Counted from the first letter of the stretch, positions 28,724 through 40,509 are shown. The stretch is DNA of 64,000 bases from Ignavibacteriota bacterium (GCA_963776275.1 CAVZMI010000005.1:1-64000); one strand, 5' to 3'. Notes: generated by a model from the sequence alone, not told the origin. Translations and numbers: made by a program.

Positions 28724-29272
28724 ATGATGAACATCGTTGTCCGACAATTGGAGGTGCGCGACATACAATCGGTACGCCATGTTACATGGGAAACTTGCCT
28801 TGCGACTTATGCGTCGTTTATCCCGGAGGCCGATCTGCGCGCCTATTTTGATGAAGAATACAGTATCACGGCACTTACCGAACTCTTTAAAAATCCGGAC
28901 GTCACAGGATATATAATCGAAATCGATGAAGTAGTTGCCGGATTTACAAGGACGGAATATAAAAAGAATGAAAATCGGTTTTATATTTCATCTCTCTATG
29001 TTCTTCCGATATATCAGGGAAGCGGATTAGGACAAAAGCTGCTTGAAATCGCGGAACGCAAAGCCCGTCAATATGGGATCGATAGGATGTGGTTGGGTGT
29101 GATATCAGATAACATCACCTTGTTTTCGTGGTACAAGAAACTCGGTTTCGAATTCATCGAAGAGTCACCATTATTAATAGGGAAAACGAAGGTTGTGAAT
29201 CGCATCGGGTATCGCGTCATTCCTCCGGAAACAGCATCGCGTGTCAGTAGAACCCAAAATAATGAACGATAG
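28724..29272 (+). CDS. GNAT family N-acetyltransferase
   Basis: SLYVLP.YQGSGLG and WYKKLGF. Confidence 0.85.
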   Translation: MMNIVVRQLEVRDIQSVRHVTWETCLATYASFIPEADLRAYFDEEYSITALTELFKNPDVTGYIIEIDEVVAGFTRTEYKKNENRFYISSLYVLPIYQGSGLGQKLLEIAERKARQYGIDRMWLGVISDNITLFSWYKKLGFEFIEESPLLIGKTKVVNRIGYRVIPPETASRVSRTQNNER

Positions 29273-29298
29273 CGTATCATCATAATAATTCTATCTCC

Positions 29299-30280
29299 TT
29301 GATCTACGAGAAAATTTTCGCATCATATTCTTCTGCCGGCACATCGTCCAGTACGCTCCCTGAGCTCTGTGCAGCATTGTTAGATGAACAAAAGTCGTCG
29401 TGGCCGTTGTTGCATGAAGGGTGGAACGCACTGAAAAGCAGTGCGAACCGTGAAATTGCGTGCAAGGGTTTTTCGGTTCGCGTGCAATATAATCCGAAAC
29501 GGATTATCAGTACCGGAGCAAAACTTGATGAACAGTCGATTCGCGGACGGGAGTGTTTCCTTTGTTCCAAAAATCTCCCTGCAGAACAAAAAGGAATTCT
29601 CTATGAGGATAAATTTCTGATTCTTGGTAATCCTATCCCCATTTTTCAGCAGCATTTTACCGTTGCGTACCTAGAACATATGCCGCAGGCATTTAATCCC
29701 TTTGTCGATGATTTTCTGACTCTAACCGCCGCGCTCAGTCCGGCTCTGACCCTTTTTTATAATCGGACCTCGATGTGGTGCTTCCGCCCCCGATCATATG
29801 CACTTTCAGGCCTGTTCTTCAGGTGCAATACCGATTGAACGTGATATCATGGATATATCGAAAAGACTACCTTTAAGAACGGTAAACGGTGTTTCTTTTT
29901 CCACTATCAAGGATTACGGCCGCGGAGTGATTTTGATCGAATCGAACGATCTGAAAAATTGTGCACATATGATACGTCGATTAGAAAATATCATGCAAGA
30001 GCCGGGCAACGATCCCGAAGAGCCGATGATGAACATACTCGGTCTATATCACGACAGGAAATGGAACATTGTGGTTTTCCCGCGCAGGAAGCATCGCCCG
30101 TCAGTGTATTTCAAAGATGAGCGTGTTGTGATAAGCCCGGCCGCCGTCGATATGGGCGGATTCATCATCACACCGATAGAAAAGGACTATCGAGGCATCG
30201 AGGCAAATCTGATTGAGTCGATCTATCTTGAAGTCGGTGTTTCGAATGACAGCATTAAAAAGTACATCGAAAAAATATGA
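29299..30280 (+). CDS. DUF4922-type HIT-like nucleotidyltransferase/phosphorylase; one frameshift near 29764
   Basis: QYNPKR..ST.AK, CFLC..N.P, NP.PIF..HFT; joined YN|GPRCGASAPDHMHFQA; FPR.KHRP and SPAAVDMGG. Confidence 0.85.
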
Positions 30281-31599
30281 ACGAACCGATCATAAAAATC
30301 GGACTTCTCGAACATGCATCCGTCGTCCATGGGACATTCGAGGGCAAATTTGAAGTGAACAATGAGTTTACCCTTGAAGGAAGTTTTGAGGTTCGGAATG
30401 ATCACGGTTCGGCTGTTATCATCGATAGAATGGGGAAGCCGTATGCCCGTGGTAATGAGATAAGGTGTCGAGCGGAGTCCGGATCGCGCTGTCGTATTCA
30501 CGATATGGTGGTAGGACAAAAATTTCACTGGGAAAGAAGGGAAGATCAGGTTTTCGACGGAAATTTTCTCTTTCTTAATCAACCTGATGGTACTCTGATA
30601 GTCATCAATGAGATTCCGCTTGAGCAATACCTGGTGAGTGTCATTTCGTCCGAAATGAGCTCATCGGCACCCTCCGAATTCTTACAGGCTCATGCTGTGA
30701 TCTCGCGAAGCTGGCTGATGGTGATGATAGAGAAGGGGAGGAGTAAGACCGGAGTCACGGCTCAATGTACAATAGAAAAAAAGGGGGAGATCACGCGCTG
30801 GTACGGACGTGAAGATCACCTCGATTACGATGTATGTGCAGACGATCACTGTCAGCGTTATCAAGGTCTTGGCCGTATTCAATCGGAATCGGTTCTTGCC
30901 ACCGTTCAGAAGACACGGGGTAGATTTCTAGTGCACAATGGCCAAATCTGTGATGCACGGTATTCGAAATCCTGCGGCGGGTGGACAGAAAATTTTGAGA
31001 ATACATGGGAAGATATTCCGGTTCCATATCTGGTCAGTGTGAATGATTCATCGCTGAATCGCACTCCGCTGAAAACCGAGAAAGAATCGATTCAATGGAT
31101 ATTGTCAACGCCGGAGGCGTATTGCCATACAAACGATGAATCGATCCTCAGAAAAATTCTTCCTTCGTTTGATCAGGAAACAAGGGATTTTTACCGATGG
31201 CGGGTGAGCTATGAACGCGAGGAACTTGAAAATATCCTTCTTGAAAAATCAGGAATCGATTTCGGTACGGTGATGGATATTGTGCCGATACGGCGCGGCT
31301 CCTCAGGACGAATTATTCAATTGCGGATATGCGGAACGAAACACACCATCAACGTGGGTAAAGAGCTTGAAATTCGCCGTTGGCTTTCGAAAACTCATCT
31401 CAAGAGTTCGGCGTTCGCCGTTGAAATAGAACAAGGTGCAAAAGAAATTCCGCAGAGATTTATTTTCCATGGAGCAGGATGGGGACACGGCGTCGGCTTG
31501 TGCCAGATCGGTGCTGCGGTAATGGCAATGCATGGAGTGAATGCAGAAAAAATCCTTCAGCACTATTATCGCGGCGCGGCGATAAGGAAACTTTATTAA
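30277..31599 (+). CDS. SpoIID/LytB domain lytic transglycosylase
   Basis: LEQYL.SVISSEM, AHAVISR, CADDHCQRYQG, SKSCGG, GWGHGVGLCQ.GA. Confidence 0.92.
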   Translation: MNEPIIKIGLLEHASVVHGTFEGKFEVNNEFTLEGSFEVRNDHGSAVIIDRMGKPYARGNEIRCRAESGSRCRIHDMVVGQKFHWERREDQVFDGNFLFLNQPDGTLIVINEIPLEQYLVSVISSEMSSSAPSEFLQAHAVISRSWLMVMIEKGRSKTGVTAQCTIEKKGEITRWYGREDHLDYDVCADDHCQRYQGLGRIQSESVLATVQKTRGRFLVHNGQICDARYSKSCGGWTENFENTWEDIPVPYLVSVNDSSLNRTPLKTEKESIQWILSTPEAYCHTNDESILRKILPSFDQETRDFYRWRVSYEREELENILLEKSGIDFGTVMDIVPIRRGSSGRIIQLRICGTKHTINVGKELEIRRWLSKTHLKSSAFAVEIEQGAKEIPQRFIFHGAGWGHGVGLCQIGAAVMAMHGVNAEKILQHYYRGAAIRKLY

Positions 31600-31612
31600 C
31601 GAAAGAAATTAA

Positions 31613-32968
31613 ATGTGCGGGACGCGGAATAACAGTTCAGAAATCATTCAGAAAGATCGGATAGCCGGCCTCTGGGTTTCTGTACTGTACTTTGCCGAAG
31701 GATTTCCCTTCACGATAGTCAACCAAACGTCGATTGTTTTCTTTAAAGCTCTCGGGGCGAGCAATCAATTCATCGGACTGACGAGTTTCCTCTACCTTCC
31801 GTGGGCGCTCAAAGGTTTATGGGGCCCTATCGTTGATTTGTATTCCATAAAGCGACGTTGGATTCTTGGTGCCGAGATTATATGTATCGGACTCTTTCTC
31901 GCTGTTGCCCTTGGAACTCTCACAACATCGGTAATTACCGTTTCGATTGCCTGTTTTGCATTGATCGCTTTCGTATCTGCTACACACGATATTGCAATCG
32001 ATGGCTTTTATCTCGACGCATTAAACAAGGATGAACAGGCATTATATTCCGGATTTCGTACGACCGCCTACAAAATATCCTGGCTTGTAGGAAATGGCGT
32101 ATTCATTTTTCTTGCCGGCCATATTGCCGATGGTTATGTCACCGGATTGAATGATGCAGGAGAAAAGATTTATCAATTCGTCAAGATCCCTCTTATAGAT
32201 CGGATGTTCTCGTTCCATCCCGTTCAATTCGGATGGGCGGTGGCATTTGGACTATCGGCTTTTATTTTTCTCATCATTTACATTTTCCAGACCCGGTACC
32301 TGCCATACCCCGCAAGCGAGATGAAGCAGAACACTTCCGCCGGCAACCGATATCAATTCTTTAATGCGTTTAAAACATATTTTGCACAGGAACACATCGG
32401 CTGGATCGTGACATATGTGTTGATCTTTCGTCTCGGTGATGCTTTTATGCTTAAGATGGCTCCTCCATTCTTGATGGATTCCGCTCATAAAGGCGGATTG
32501 GGGATATCCACCGCCGATATAGGAATTCTCTATGGTACAGTCGGGGTGATATTTCTCCTGGCCGGAGGAATTCTAGGCGGATATCTTGTATCACGGCATG
32601 GCTTGAAACGCTGGATGTGGCCAACTGCACTGCTTCAGAATTGTGCAATTGTAATCTATTGGCTTCTTGCGATCACCCGTCCTTCGATGTCATGGGTCTA
32701 TATCGCCAATTCATTCGAACAATTCTCGTTTGGAATGGGCGTCTCTGCGTATACCATTTTCCTGATGAGGACTGTCCTGCCGGAATATCGTGCCTCGCAT
32801 TATGCCATTACAACGGCGTTCATGGCCGCAGGGATGCTTATCCCGGGCGTCGTGAGCGGGTATCTCCAATCATGGATGGGATATCAAGATTATTTTTTAA
32901 TGAGTTTTCTGGTTGCAGTTCCCGGATTGGCGACCATATTCTTTTTACCGCTGGAAGAGAAAAACTGA
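31613..32968 (+). CDS. ampG: AmpG-like MFS muropeptide permease
   Basis: LYFAEGFP, LPW.LK.LW.P.VD, SATHDIAIDGFY; about 12 TM segments. Confidence 0.85.
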   Translation: MCGTRNNSSEIIQKDRIAGLWVSVLYFAEGFPFTIVNQTSIVFFKALGASNQFIGLTSFLYLPWALKGLWGPIVDLYSIKRRWILGAEIICIGLFLAVALGTLTTSVITVSIACFALIAFVSATHDIAIDGFYLDALNKDEQALYSGFRTTAYKISWLVGNGVFIFLAGHIADGYVTGLNDAGEKIYQFVKIPLIDRMFSFHPVQFGWAVAFGLSAFIFLIIYIFQTRYLPYPASEMKQNTSAGNRYQFFNAFKTYFAQEHIGWIVTYVLIFRLGDAFMLKMAPPFLMDSAHKGGLGISTADIGILYGTVGVIFLLAGGILGGYLVSRHGLKRWMWPTALLQNCAIVIYWLLAITRPSMSWVYIANSFEQFSFGMGVSAYTIFLMRTVLPEYRASHYAITTAFMAAGMLIPGVVSGYLQSWMGYQDYFLMSFLVAVPGLATIFFLPLEEKN

Positions 32969-33000
32969 ATCACCTTTAGATATGGAGTGGAAAATTTTCT

Positions 33001-34209
33001 ATGTGTTATCGATTCATTCTTGTCACCTTGCTGTCGATAGGAATTTGTTGGAGTTCGTCAGGTGGAGTCGTTAATTCTGAAAATCCACCTCACCCTAAAA
33101 AGCATATGCTACGCTGGGCAGATCCCAATAAGGCGGGCTTTAAGGGGAAAAAACTATCGATGGTCGATACCATAATTTGTAAGGCAGTCAGAGATTCAGC
33201 TTTTCCCGGCGCTGTACTTCTGGTTGCTAAAGATGGAATGATTATTCATCATAAAGCATATGGTCATCTTGAATACGGAGTGAATGCGGAAAAGGTCGAC
33301 ACAAACACCATATTTGATCTGGCTTCGCTCACAAAAGTGATTGCAACGACGAATGCCTGTATGCGTTTGATCGACGAACGGAAGCTGAGATTGAAAGATC
33401 GGGTCGTTAAGTATCTTCCTGATTTTGGAAAGAATGGGAAGAGTAAAATTACAATTCAAAATCTTCTTGTCCATAATAGTGGACTTCCCGCCTGGAAACC
33501 ATTCTATCGGAATTGTCATGATCCAAAATGCCTGCTTGATTCGATTTTCGCCTTACCGCTTGTCGCAGCAACTGGAGATTCAACTATCTATAGCGATTTC
33601 GGTTTCATCGTGCTCGGAAAAATTATCGAGAAGGTATGTGCAACGACTCTTGACAGGTATGTCGATTCGGTATTTTTCCGGCCGCTCGGTATGCGGACAA
33701 CGATGTATAATCCACCGGCAAATTTGATTCCGAGGATTGCTCCTACGGAGATCGATACACTACGGGAAAAAACAGGGAAGGCTTTACGCGGACGTGTTCA
33801 TGATGAGAATGCGGCTATTCTTGGAGGCGTCTCCGGTCATGCGGGTGTATTTTCGACGGCATCTGATCTGGCCGTTATTCTTGAAATGATTCGAAATGGT
33901 GGAGAATATGGGGGAGAACGTTTTATACGAAAGGCGACGGTCGAGCAATTCATCCATAGACAATCACAGAAAAGCACTCGTGCTCTCGGTTGGGACACAA
34001 AAAAGCCGCAGCGTTCATGGGCCGGAGAACTTCTCTCAAATAAAGCTTTCATCCACACGGGCTTTACAGGAGCATCCGTGGTCGTCGATCCACGATGCGG
34101 CGTTATAATAGTTCTTCTTACAAATAGAGTATTTCCTTCGCGGGAAAATGAGAAAATTGCCGAAGTTCGCCCAAGAGTTCATGATGGTATTCTAAGAGCT
34201 TTGAAATAA
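33001..34209 (+). CDS. Serine hydrolase, beta-lactamase/class C fold (AmiE-like candidate)
   Basis: SLTK (SxxK), YSD, VHDENA, GHAG.FS, HTGFTG; signal peptide. Confidence 0.88.
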   Translation: MCYRFILVTLLSIGICWSSSGGVVNSENPPHPKKHMLRWADPNKAGFKGKKLSMVDTIICKAVRDSAFPGAVLLVAKDGMIIHHKAYGHLEYGVNAEKVDTNTIFDLASLTKVIATTNACMRLIDERKLRLKDRVVKYLPDFGKNGKSKITIQNLLVHNSGLPAWKPFYRNCHDPKCLLDSIFALPLVAATGDSTIYSDFGFIVLGKIIEKVCATTLDRYVDSVFFRPLGMRTTMYNPPANLIPRIAPTEIDTLREKTGKALRGRVHDENAAILGGVSGHAGVFSTASDLAVILEMIRNGGEYGGERFIRKATVEQFIHRQSQKSTRALGWDTKKPQRSWAGELLSNKAFIHTGFTGASVVVDPRCGVIIVLLTNRVFPSRENEKIAEVRPRVHDGILRALK

Positions 34210-34261
34210 TTGATTCTCTCGCCATTTTTGGGTAAATTTCCATGATTTGAACAAAAAGGGT

Positions 34262-35212
34262 ATGATGAATAATATAAAAAGTACAAACTTAGTTATAGGA
34301 ATTGACGGGGGCGGGACAAAAACAGTAGCGCTTCTGGCCGACGAATCGGGTGATGTGTTATCGGAAGAAGTTGGTGAACCATCGAACTTTCACATCATCG
34401 GTGTCGAAGTCGCCGCAAAAACTCTGGTGAAACTCATCAAAACCTGCTGTGTAAAAGCCGGTTGTGCGACGGATATGGTCTCGGTCATCGTAATGGGATT
34501 AGCCGGAGCCGGGCGGTTACCGGACCAGAATCGTATGGCGGAAGGAGTAAAAAAGGTTGCACGTTCCCGTCGTCTTAAGCTCAATAAAATCATTGTTGAA
34601 AGTGATGCACGGATCGCGCTCGAAGGAGCTTTCCGTGGGGCTACCGGAATAGTTATGATAGTGGGGACTGGATCTATCGCGGCCGGAAAAGACAATGATG
34701 GCACCATTCATCGAGTCGGCGGCTGGGGGCGTACCCTTGGCGATGAAGGGGGCGGTTATTTCCTGGGTCAGGAAGCTCTTATCGCCGTTTTACGGCAGTA
34801 TGACGGACGGGGAGAATCAACAATACTCACAGATTTGATTGCCGGTAAACACCAGCTCGAAAACGTCGAAGCAATCATCACCGCCGTGTACAATAAAACA
34901 ATCGATATAGCATCACTCGCTCCGGATGTAATCGAAGCAGCCCGGGAAGGGGATCGGGTGGCCGAGAAAATTCTTCAGCGCGGGGCTGTTGAAATCGAAG
35001 AACATGTCCGCGTCTTAAGCTCGAAACTCAATTCCACCCAAAAAATTCATACCGTCCTCCTCGGCGGATTGCTCTCGGGTGACAACCTGTACTCAAAAAT
35101 TGTTCGAGAAAAAATATCCGGATCTTTGCCGAACGTTCAGATACAACCCGCAATGGCATCGCCCGGGTATGGTGCAGTTCTTATGGCGTTATCAGCTGCT
35201 CGGACGAGCTGA
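34262..35212 (+). CDS. BadF/BadG-type GlcNAc/MurNAc kinase
   Basis: GIDGGGTKT, GLAGAG, SDA.IAL, GTGSI, GGWG..LGDEGGG. Confidence 0.88.
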   Translation: MMNNIKSTNLVIGIDGGGTKTVALLADESGDVLSEEVGEPSNFHIIGVEVAAKTLVKLIKTCCVKAGCATDMVSVIVMGLAGAGRLPDQNRMAEGVKKVARSRRLKLNKIIVESDARIALEGAFRGATGIVMIVGTGSIAAGKDNDGTIHRVGGWGRTLGDEGGGYFLGQEALIAVLRQYDGRGESTILTDLIAGKHQLENVEAIITAVYNKTIDIASLAPDVIEAAREGDRVAEKILQRGAVEIEEHVRVLSSKLNSTQKIHTVLLGGLLSGDNLYSKIVREKISGSLPNVQIQPAMASPGYGAVLMALSAARTS

Positions 35213-35299
35213 CGTTCAAAATATATTCATTGGCTGGATCAAACCTCTGCCACGCGATTTTTAATTATTGCTTCTATTTGTTTTTCGATGGAGACCGGT

Positions 35300-36856
35300 A
35301 TGGCACGGCAGCAGTTTAAGAACAAGATATATACCGATTGGTCAAAAAAAGAAAATCGGTCCAGGATGGAGAAAGCGATCGCGAAGATCGAATCGGAATT
35401 TAACAGGGAATATCCAATAATCGTAGGGAATGAACAGATCATTCTCGATGCGAAACTAACATCATATAATCCGTCGAATCCCAGCCAGGTCGTGGGGGTT
35501 TTTCAAAAAGGGGGTCGAGAGGAGGCTCTAAAAGCGCTGAATGTCGCATTGAACGCTTTTGAAACATGGCGCTGGGTTGATTACCGCAAACGGGCTGCAT
35601 TCCTCTTCAAAGCCGCAAAGGTAATGCGGCGTCGAAGGTTTGAAATAAATGCGACAATGACTCTCGAAGTTGGCAAGACATGGCCCGAGGCCGAAGCCGA
35701 TACATCGGAAGCAATTGATTTTCTTGAGTTCTATGGCCGCGAGACGCTCCGCTATGGAGCCAAACAACCTGTCGTGCAGCTCAAAGGTGAGCGCGATGAG
35801 CTCCTATATGTTCCGCTCGGGGTGGGGTTGATCGTTCCACCATGGAATTTTCCACTGGCAATTCTGACGGGAATGACGATGGCTGCCGTTGTCACCGGGA
35901 ATACGGTGATTCTGAAACCTTCATCCGATTCGCCTCTGACCGGGTGGCGACTCATGGAAATTCTCGATGAAATCAAATTGCCGGGAGGAGTGGTGAATTT
36001 TATGACAGGCCCGGGGGCAACGGTCGGTGATACGCTCGTGTCACATCCGAAAATCCGCTTCATCTCTTTCACCGGATCAAAAGAAGTCGGCATCCGCATA
36101 AATGAACTTGCAGCAAGAGTACAGCCAGGGCAGATTTGGCTGAAACGAGTCGTGGCCGAAATGGGCGGGAAGGACTCGATGATTATCGACGATCAGGCGG
36201 ATCTTGATGAAGCCGTCGCGGCGACAATTGTTTCTGCATTTGGATTTCAGGGGCAGAAATGTTCGGCTTGTTCGCGTGCAATCGTTGTTGAGAAGATATA
36301 TGATGAATTTATTGAACAACTGAAAAAGCAGGTAGAGACGATTAAAGTAGGCGATGCAAAAGATTTTTCGAATTACATGGGTCCTGTTATCAACAAATCT
36401 GCGAAGGAAAATATACTGAAGTACATTCGCATCGGGGTTGCGGAGGGAGGACGCCTGATTACGGGCGGAGGAGAGGTACCCGGTGATGGATATTTCATTA
36501 AACCGACAGTGATTGCTGATGTCGATCCGAAAGCAACAATAGCGCAGGAGGAAATATTCGGCCCCGTCCTTGCGGTAATTAAAGCAAAAAATTTCGACGA
36601 AGCAATTGTGATTGCCAATAATACTGAATTTGGCCTCACCGGCGGGATTTTTACACGCAATAGAAAGAAGATAGAAAAAGCAAAAGATATCATTCATGTC
36701 GGAAATTTCTATATTAATCGTAAGATCACCGGAGCAATGGTGGGGGCGCACCCGTTCGGCGGATTTAATATGTCAGGAACAGATTCAAAAGCGGGCGGAC
36801 GCGATTATCTGCTTCTTTACCTTCAGGGTAAATCCATTGCGGAAAAAGTGAAATAA
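35300..36856 (+). CDS. pruA: L-glutamate gamma-semialdehyde (P5C) dehydrogenase
   Basis: PWNFP, FTGSKEVG, EMGGK, GFQGQKCSACSR, EEIFGPV, PFGGFNMSGT. GGAG precedes ATG 35300 (alternative start 35288). Confidence 0.93.
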   Translation: MARQQFKNKIYTDWSKKENRSRMEKAIAKIESEFNREYPIIVGNEQIILDAKLTSYNPSNPSQVVGVFQKGGREEALKALNVALNAFETWRWVDYRKRAAFLFKAAKVMRRRRFEINATMTLEVGKTWPEAEADTSEAIDFLEFYGRETLRYGAKQPVVQLKGERDELLYVPLGVGLIVPPWNFPLAILTGMTMAAVVTGNTVILKPSSDSPLTGWRLMEILDEIKLPGGVVNFMTGPGATVGDTLVSHPKIRFISFTGSKEVGIRINELAARVQPGQIWLKRVVAEMGGKDSMIIDDQADLDEAVAATIVSAFGFQGQKCSACSRAIVVEKIYDEFIEQLKKQVETIKVGDAKDFSNYMGPVINKSAKENILKYIRIGVAEGGRLITGGGEVPGDGYFIKPTVIADVDPKATIAQEEIFGPVLAVIKAKNFDEAIVIANNTEFGLTGGIFTRNRKKIEKAKDIIHVGNFYINRKITGAMVGAHPFGGFNMSGTDSKAGGRDYLLLYLQGKSIAEKVK

Positions 36857-36907
36857 GCGATGTGAGTCGGAGGCCGGTCGATACCGGGATATCGTGAGGG
36901 AGATGTT

Positions 36908-38071
36908 ATGAAGATTCATGAATACCAGGGAAAAGAAATTCTGAGGCGATATAATGTTGCGGTGCCAGAAGGCAGTGTGGCTTTTTCTCCCGAAGAAGCA
37001 GTCAGAGTAGCTGAATCCCTTGGAGGTTTTGTATGGGTCGTGAAAGCGCAAATTCATGCCGGTGGGAGGGGAAAGGGAGGCGGTGTCAAAATTGCAAAGA
37101 CCATCGAGGAAGTTCGGCAGCTTGCAACACAGATGATCGGAATGCGCCTCGTGACACATCAAACAGGACTTGAAGGAAAAATTGTCAAACGACTTCTCAT
37201 CGAGCAGGGAATCTCGATCGCACGCGAACTCTATGTCGGCATCACACTCGATCGTCAGCGCGCCCGGAATGTTGTGATGGCGTCCACCGAAGGAGGAATT
37301 GAGATTGAAAAAGTGGCGGCCGAGACTCCTGAAAAAATATTAAAAGAGTATGTCGATCCTGCCGTCGGGTTTCAACGATTTCAAGCACAGATACTTGCAT
37401 TCGGACTCGGTCTGACGGGCGAAGCGCTCGGATCAGGCGTAAAATTTCTAATGGCACTCTATAAAGCGTATGAAGGAACCGATGCTTCACTGGCAGAAAT
37501 CAATCCTCTCGTGGTCACTGATAACGGGAAAGTGCTGGCATTAGATGCAAAAATAAATTTCGATGACAGTGCGCTTGGTCGTCATCCGGATTTTGCCCGG
37601 CTTCGCGATTTGGATGAAGAGGATCCGCTCGAAGTCGAAGCTTCGAAGTCGAATTTGAACTATATCAAACTCGATGGTAATGTCGGCTGTATGGTAAATG
37701 GCGCAGGACTCGCCATGGCGACTATGGATATCATCAAACTTGCAGGAGGAGAACCAGCAAATTTCCTCGATGTCGGCGGCGGTGCAAATGTCGAGACAGT
37801 GGCGGAAGGATTCCGTATCATCCTCTCCGATGCCAATGTGAAAGCGATTTTGATTAACATTTTTGGTGGAATTGTCCGCTGCGATAGGGTAGCCAAGGGT
37901 GTTATCGAAGCGGCAAGACAGGTTCGGTTCGACATCCCGGTAGTGGTTCGGCTTGAAGGAACGAATGCCGTCGAGGCACGAAGCATACTAGCGGCATCAG
38001 GTCTGAATTTGATAGTTGCCACAACACTCGAGGATGCGGCTCGAAAAGTAACGGCAGCAATTACCTCTTGA
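36908..38071 (+). CDS. sucC: Succinyl-CoA ligase beta subunit
   Basis: [55 protein letters not shown]. Confidence 0.97.
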   Translation: MKIHEYQGKEILRRYNVAVPEGSVAFSPEEAVRVAESLGGFVWVVKAQIHAGGRGKGGGVKIAKTIEEVRQLATQMIGMRLVTHQTGLEGKIVKRLLIEQGISIARELYVGITLDRQRARNVVMASTEGGIEIEKVAAETPEKILKEYVDPAVGFQRFQAQILAFGLGLTGEALGSGVKFLMALYKAYEGTDASLAEINPLVVTDNGKVLALDAKINFDDSALGRHPDFARLRDLDEEDPLEVEASKSNLNYIKLDGNVGCMVNGAGLAMATMDIIKLAGGEPANFLDVGGGANVETVAEGFRIILSDANVKAILINIFGGIVRCDRVAKGVIEAARQVRFDIPVVVRLEGTNAVEARSILAASGLNLIVATTLEDAARKVTAAITS

Positions 38072-38208
38072 GAGAGAAAAAAGGTTGCTAGTGTCGAGTA
38101 CCCAAAATAACTTTATTATATCAGAGGATACTTTATGCTCAAATATGCCGGAAAAAGCGAAATTAAATACTATTATCTCATAAAGTTATTTTTGAATCGA
38201 GACACTCG

Positions 38209-39669
38209 ATGAACACAAAATATGAACCGGTCATTGGTCTTGAGGTGCATGCCCAGCTCCTGACTAAGAGCAAAGCATTTTGTTCATGTACTACACAGTT
38301 CGGCAATGATCCGAATTCAAATACCTGTCCTGTCTGTCTCGGCCATCCGGGTGTGCTTCCGGTACTCAACCACAATCATGCCGAATATGTTATCCGTATG
38401 GGACTGGCAACGAATTGTCGAATAGCCCCCAGATCGATCTTTGCAAGAAAGAACTATTTCTATCCGGATCTCCCAAAGGGATATCAGATCTCGCAATTTG
38501 AAGAACCGATTTGCCAGAACGGCCGGATTGAGATCGAGGCTGAAAAAGGAGTGAAAAAAAATATCGGCATTACGCGCATCCATATGGAAGAAGATGCGGG
38601 AAAATCGATTCACGATCTGGATATAGACACGCTCGTTGACGTCAATCGATGCGGTGTGCCCCTGATCGAGATTGTAAGTGAACCGGATATCCGAACGCCG
38701 AAAGAAGCGTATCAGTATTTGACAATAATCAAACAGATTGTGACATATCTTGGTATCTGTGATGGGAATATGGAAGAGGGAAGTCTGCGATGCGATGCGA
38801 ATGTTTCGGTTCGACTGAAGGGTGCGGAAAAATTCGGTACGAAAGTAGAAGTAAAGAACATGAACTCCTTCAGGAATGTCGAACGTGCACTCGAATATGA
38901 AATCAATCGGCAGATCGAGGTTCTTGAGGAAGGAGGGACGATCATCCAGGAAACCCTGCTCTGGGATGCAGATCAGAATGTGGCAATACCGATGCGGAGC
39001 AAAGAGCAGGCCCATGATTACAGGTACTTTCCTGATCCCGATCTCGTTCCGATTCTTGTTGATGAACCGTGGATCGCTAGTGTCCGGAAAAGTCTGCCCG
39101 AAATGCCCTGGGTTCGGCGCGACCGTTATGTGCGTATGTACGGATTACCCGAGTACGATGCGGATGTACTTACCGTAGAAAAGGGAACCGCTGACTATTT
39201 TGAGGATGCTGTCGAAGTGCTGACAGTCAAGTCGAATGAAAATATAAAGCTCATATCGAACTGGGTGATGACGGAAGTGATGCGTGTGGTTAAAGACCGG
39301 CAGATCGCGATTCGTGATTTTCCCGTTTCTCCTGTATCAATGGGGAAAATGATAAATCTGATTGTGAATGAAACGATCAGCGGCAAGATAGCAAAAGAGG
39401 TATTCGAAGAGATGATTACGACAGGCGGGGATCCTTTGACAATTGTCCAGAAAAAGGGGCTCACCCAGATTTCAGATGCCGGATCCATCGAGCTCGTTAT
39501 TGACCGCATTCTATCGGATAATAAAGAGCAGGTTGAGAAATATCTGGGAGGGAAGCAACAGGTGTTCGGATTCTTTGTAGGCGAAACGATGAAGGCGACA
39601 AAAGGGAAAGCGAATCCTAAAATGGTCAATGAGATATTGCAGCGGAAACTAGCAGGGATGAAACAGTAA
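38209..39669 (+). CDS. gatB: Asp-tRNA(Asn)/Glu-tRNA(Gln) amidotransferase subunit B
   Basis: [48 protein letters not shown]. Confidence 0.97.
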   Translation: MNTKYEPVIGLEVHAQLLTKSKAFCSCTTQFGNDPNSNTCPVCLGHPGVLPVLNHNHAEYVIRMGLATNCRIAPRSIFARKNYFYPDLPKGYQISQFEEPICQNGRIEIEAEKGVKKNIGITRIHMEEDAGKSIHDLDIDTLVDVNRCGVPLIEIVSEPDIRTPKEAYQYLTIIKQIVTYLGICDGNMEEGSLRCDANVSVRLKGAEKFGTKVEVKNMNSFRNVERALEYEINRQIEVLEEGGTIIQETLLWDADQNVAIPMRSKEQAHDYRYFPDPDLVPILVDEPWIASVRKSLPEMPWVRRDRYVRMYGLPEYDADVLTVEKGTADYFEDAVEVLTVKSNENIKLISNWVMTEVMRVVKDRQIAIRDFPVSPVSMGKMINLIVNETISGKIAKEVFEEMITTGGDPLTIVQKKGLTQISDAGSIELVIDRILSDNKEQVEKYLGGKQQVFGFFVGETMKATKGKANPKMVNEILQRKLAGMKQ

Positions 39670-39705
39670 TGTTCTAAAATTGACAAGAATCAATAAAGGA
39701 GAGAC

Positions 39706-40467
39706 ATGAGAAAGAAAGTTATTGCTGGAAATTGGAAAATGTATAAGAATATTCAGGAGACAACTGAACTCATTAATGGATTAAGGGCCCCGCTCGCGCC
39801 GTTAACAGAAAAAGTTAATGTAATCATCGCGCCGCCGTTTACATCGCTCACCGTCGCGAAGGGACTGATTGTAAATACAAGAATTCACTTGGGTGCACAG
39901 AATATGTATCCGGAAACGGAAGGAGCATATACAGGAGAAATCTCGCCAAAAATGCTAATATCAATCGGAGTAGAATACGTCATCCTTGGACACTCTGAGC
40001 AACGTCAATACTTTAAGGAAACAGATGGGTTTATCAATATAAAAGCTAAAAAGGCCCTGGCAGAGGGTTTGAAACCGATTATTTGTGTCGGAGAAACACT
40101 TGAACAGCGTGAAGGGGGCGTGACAACACAGGTTGTCACAGAACAAATGAAAGGAGTTCTTGCCGGATTGACTGCAGAGCATCTCGCGAATGTAATAATT
40201 GCATATGAACCTGTTTGGGCAATAGGAACAGGAAAAACCGCTACGCCTCAGCAGGCAAATGAAGTACATCAACTAATCCGGGTGTTAGTGTCTGAGTTAT
40301 ATACGTCCTTGGTCTCTGAAAAGCTTATAATCCAATATGGTGGAAGTGTGAAGCCGGAAAACGCGAAAGACCTTCTCTCACAATCAGATATTGATGGCGC
40401 GCTTGTCGGAGGTGCATGTCTGCGTGTCGATTCGTTTACAGCTATTGTATCTGCCGCACTATTGTAG
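39706..40467 (+). CDS. tpiA: Triosephosphate isomerase
   Basis: AGNWKM, GAYTGEIS, LGHSE, AYEPVWAIGTG, YGGSV. Confidence 0.97.
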   Translation: MRKKVIAGNWKMYKNIQETTELINGLRAPLAPLTEKVNVIIAPPFTSLTVAKGLIVNTRIHLGAQNMYPETEGAYTGEISPKMLISIGVEYVILGHSEQRQYFKETDGFINIKAKKALAEGLKPIICVGETLEQREGGVTTQVVTEQMKGVLAGLTAEHLANVIIAYEPVWAIGTGKTATPQQANEVHQLIRVLVSELYTSLVSEKLIIQYGGSVKPENAKDLLSQSDIDGALVGGACLRVDSFTAIVSAALL

Positions 40468-40509
40468 ATAGGATGTAAACGCCATTTTTACAGACTTAGG
40501 ACAGAATGA

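Noticed and set aside
33001-34209. Beta-lactamase resistance gene (also the MBL-fold gene at 16619)
   Set aside because: Fold motifs only; context favours a peptidoglycan-recycling hydrolase and a generic MBL hydrolase.
36908-39669. sucC without sucD and gatB without gatA/gatC
   Set aside because: Dispersed subunit genes are common; partners are probably elsewhere.
39985-40010. TpiA GHSEQR instead of GHSERR
   Set aside because: Single substitution with catalytic K, H and E intact; may be a base error.
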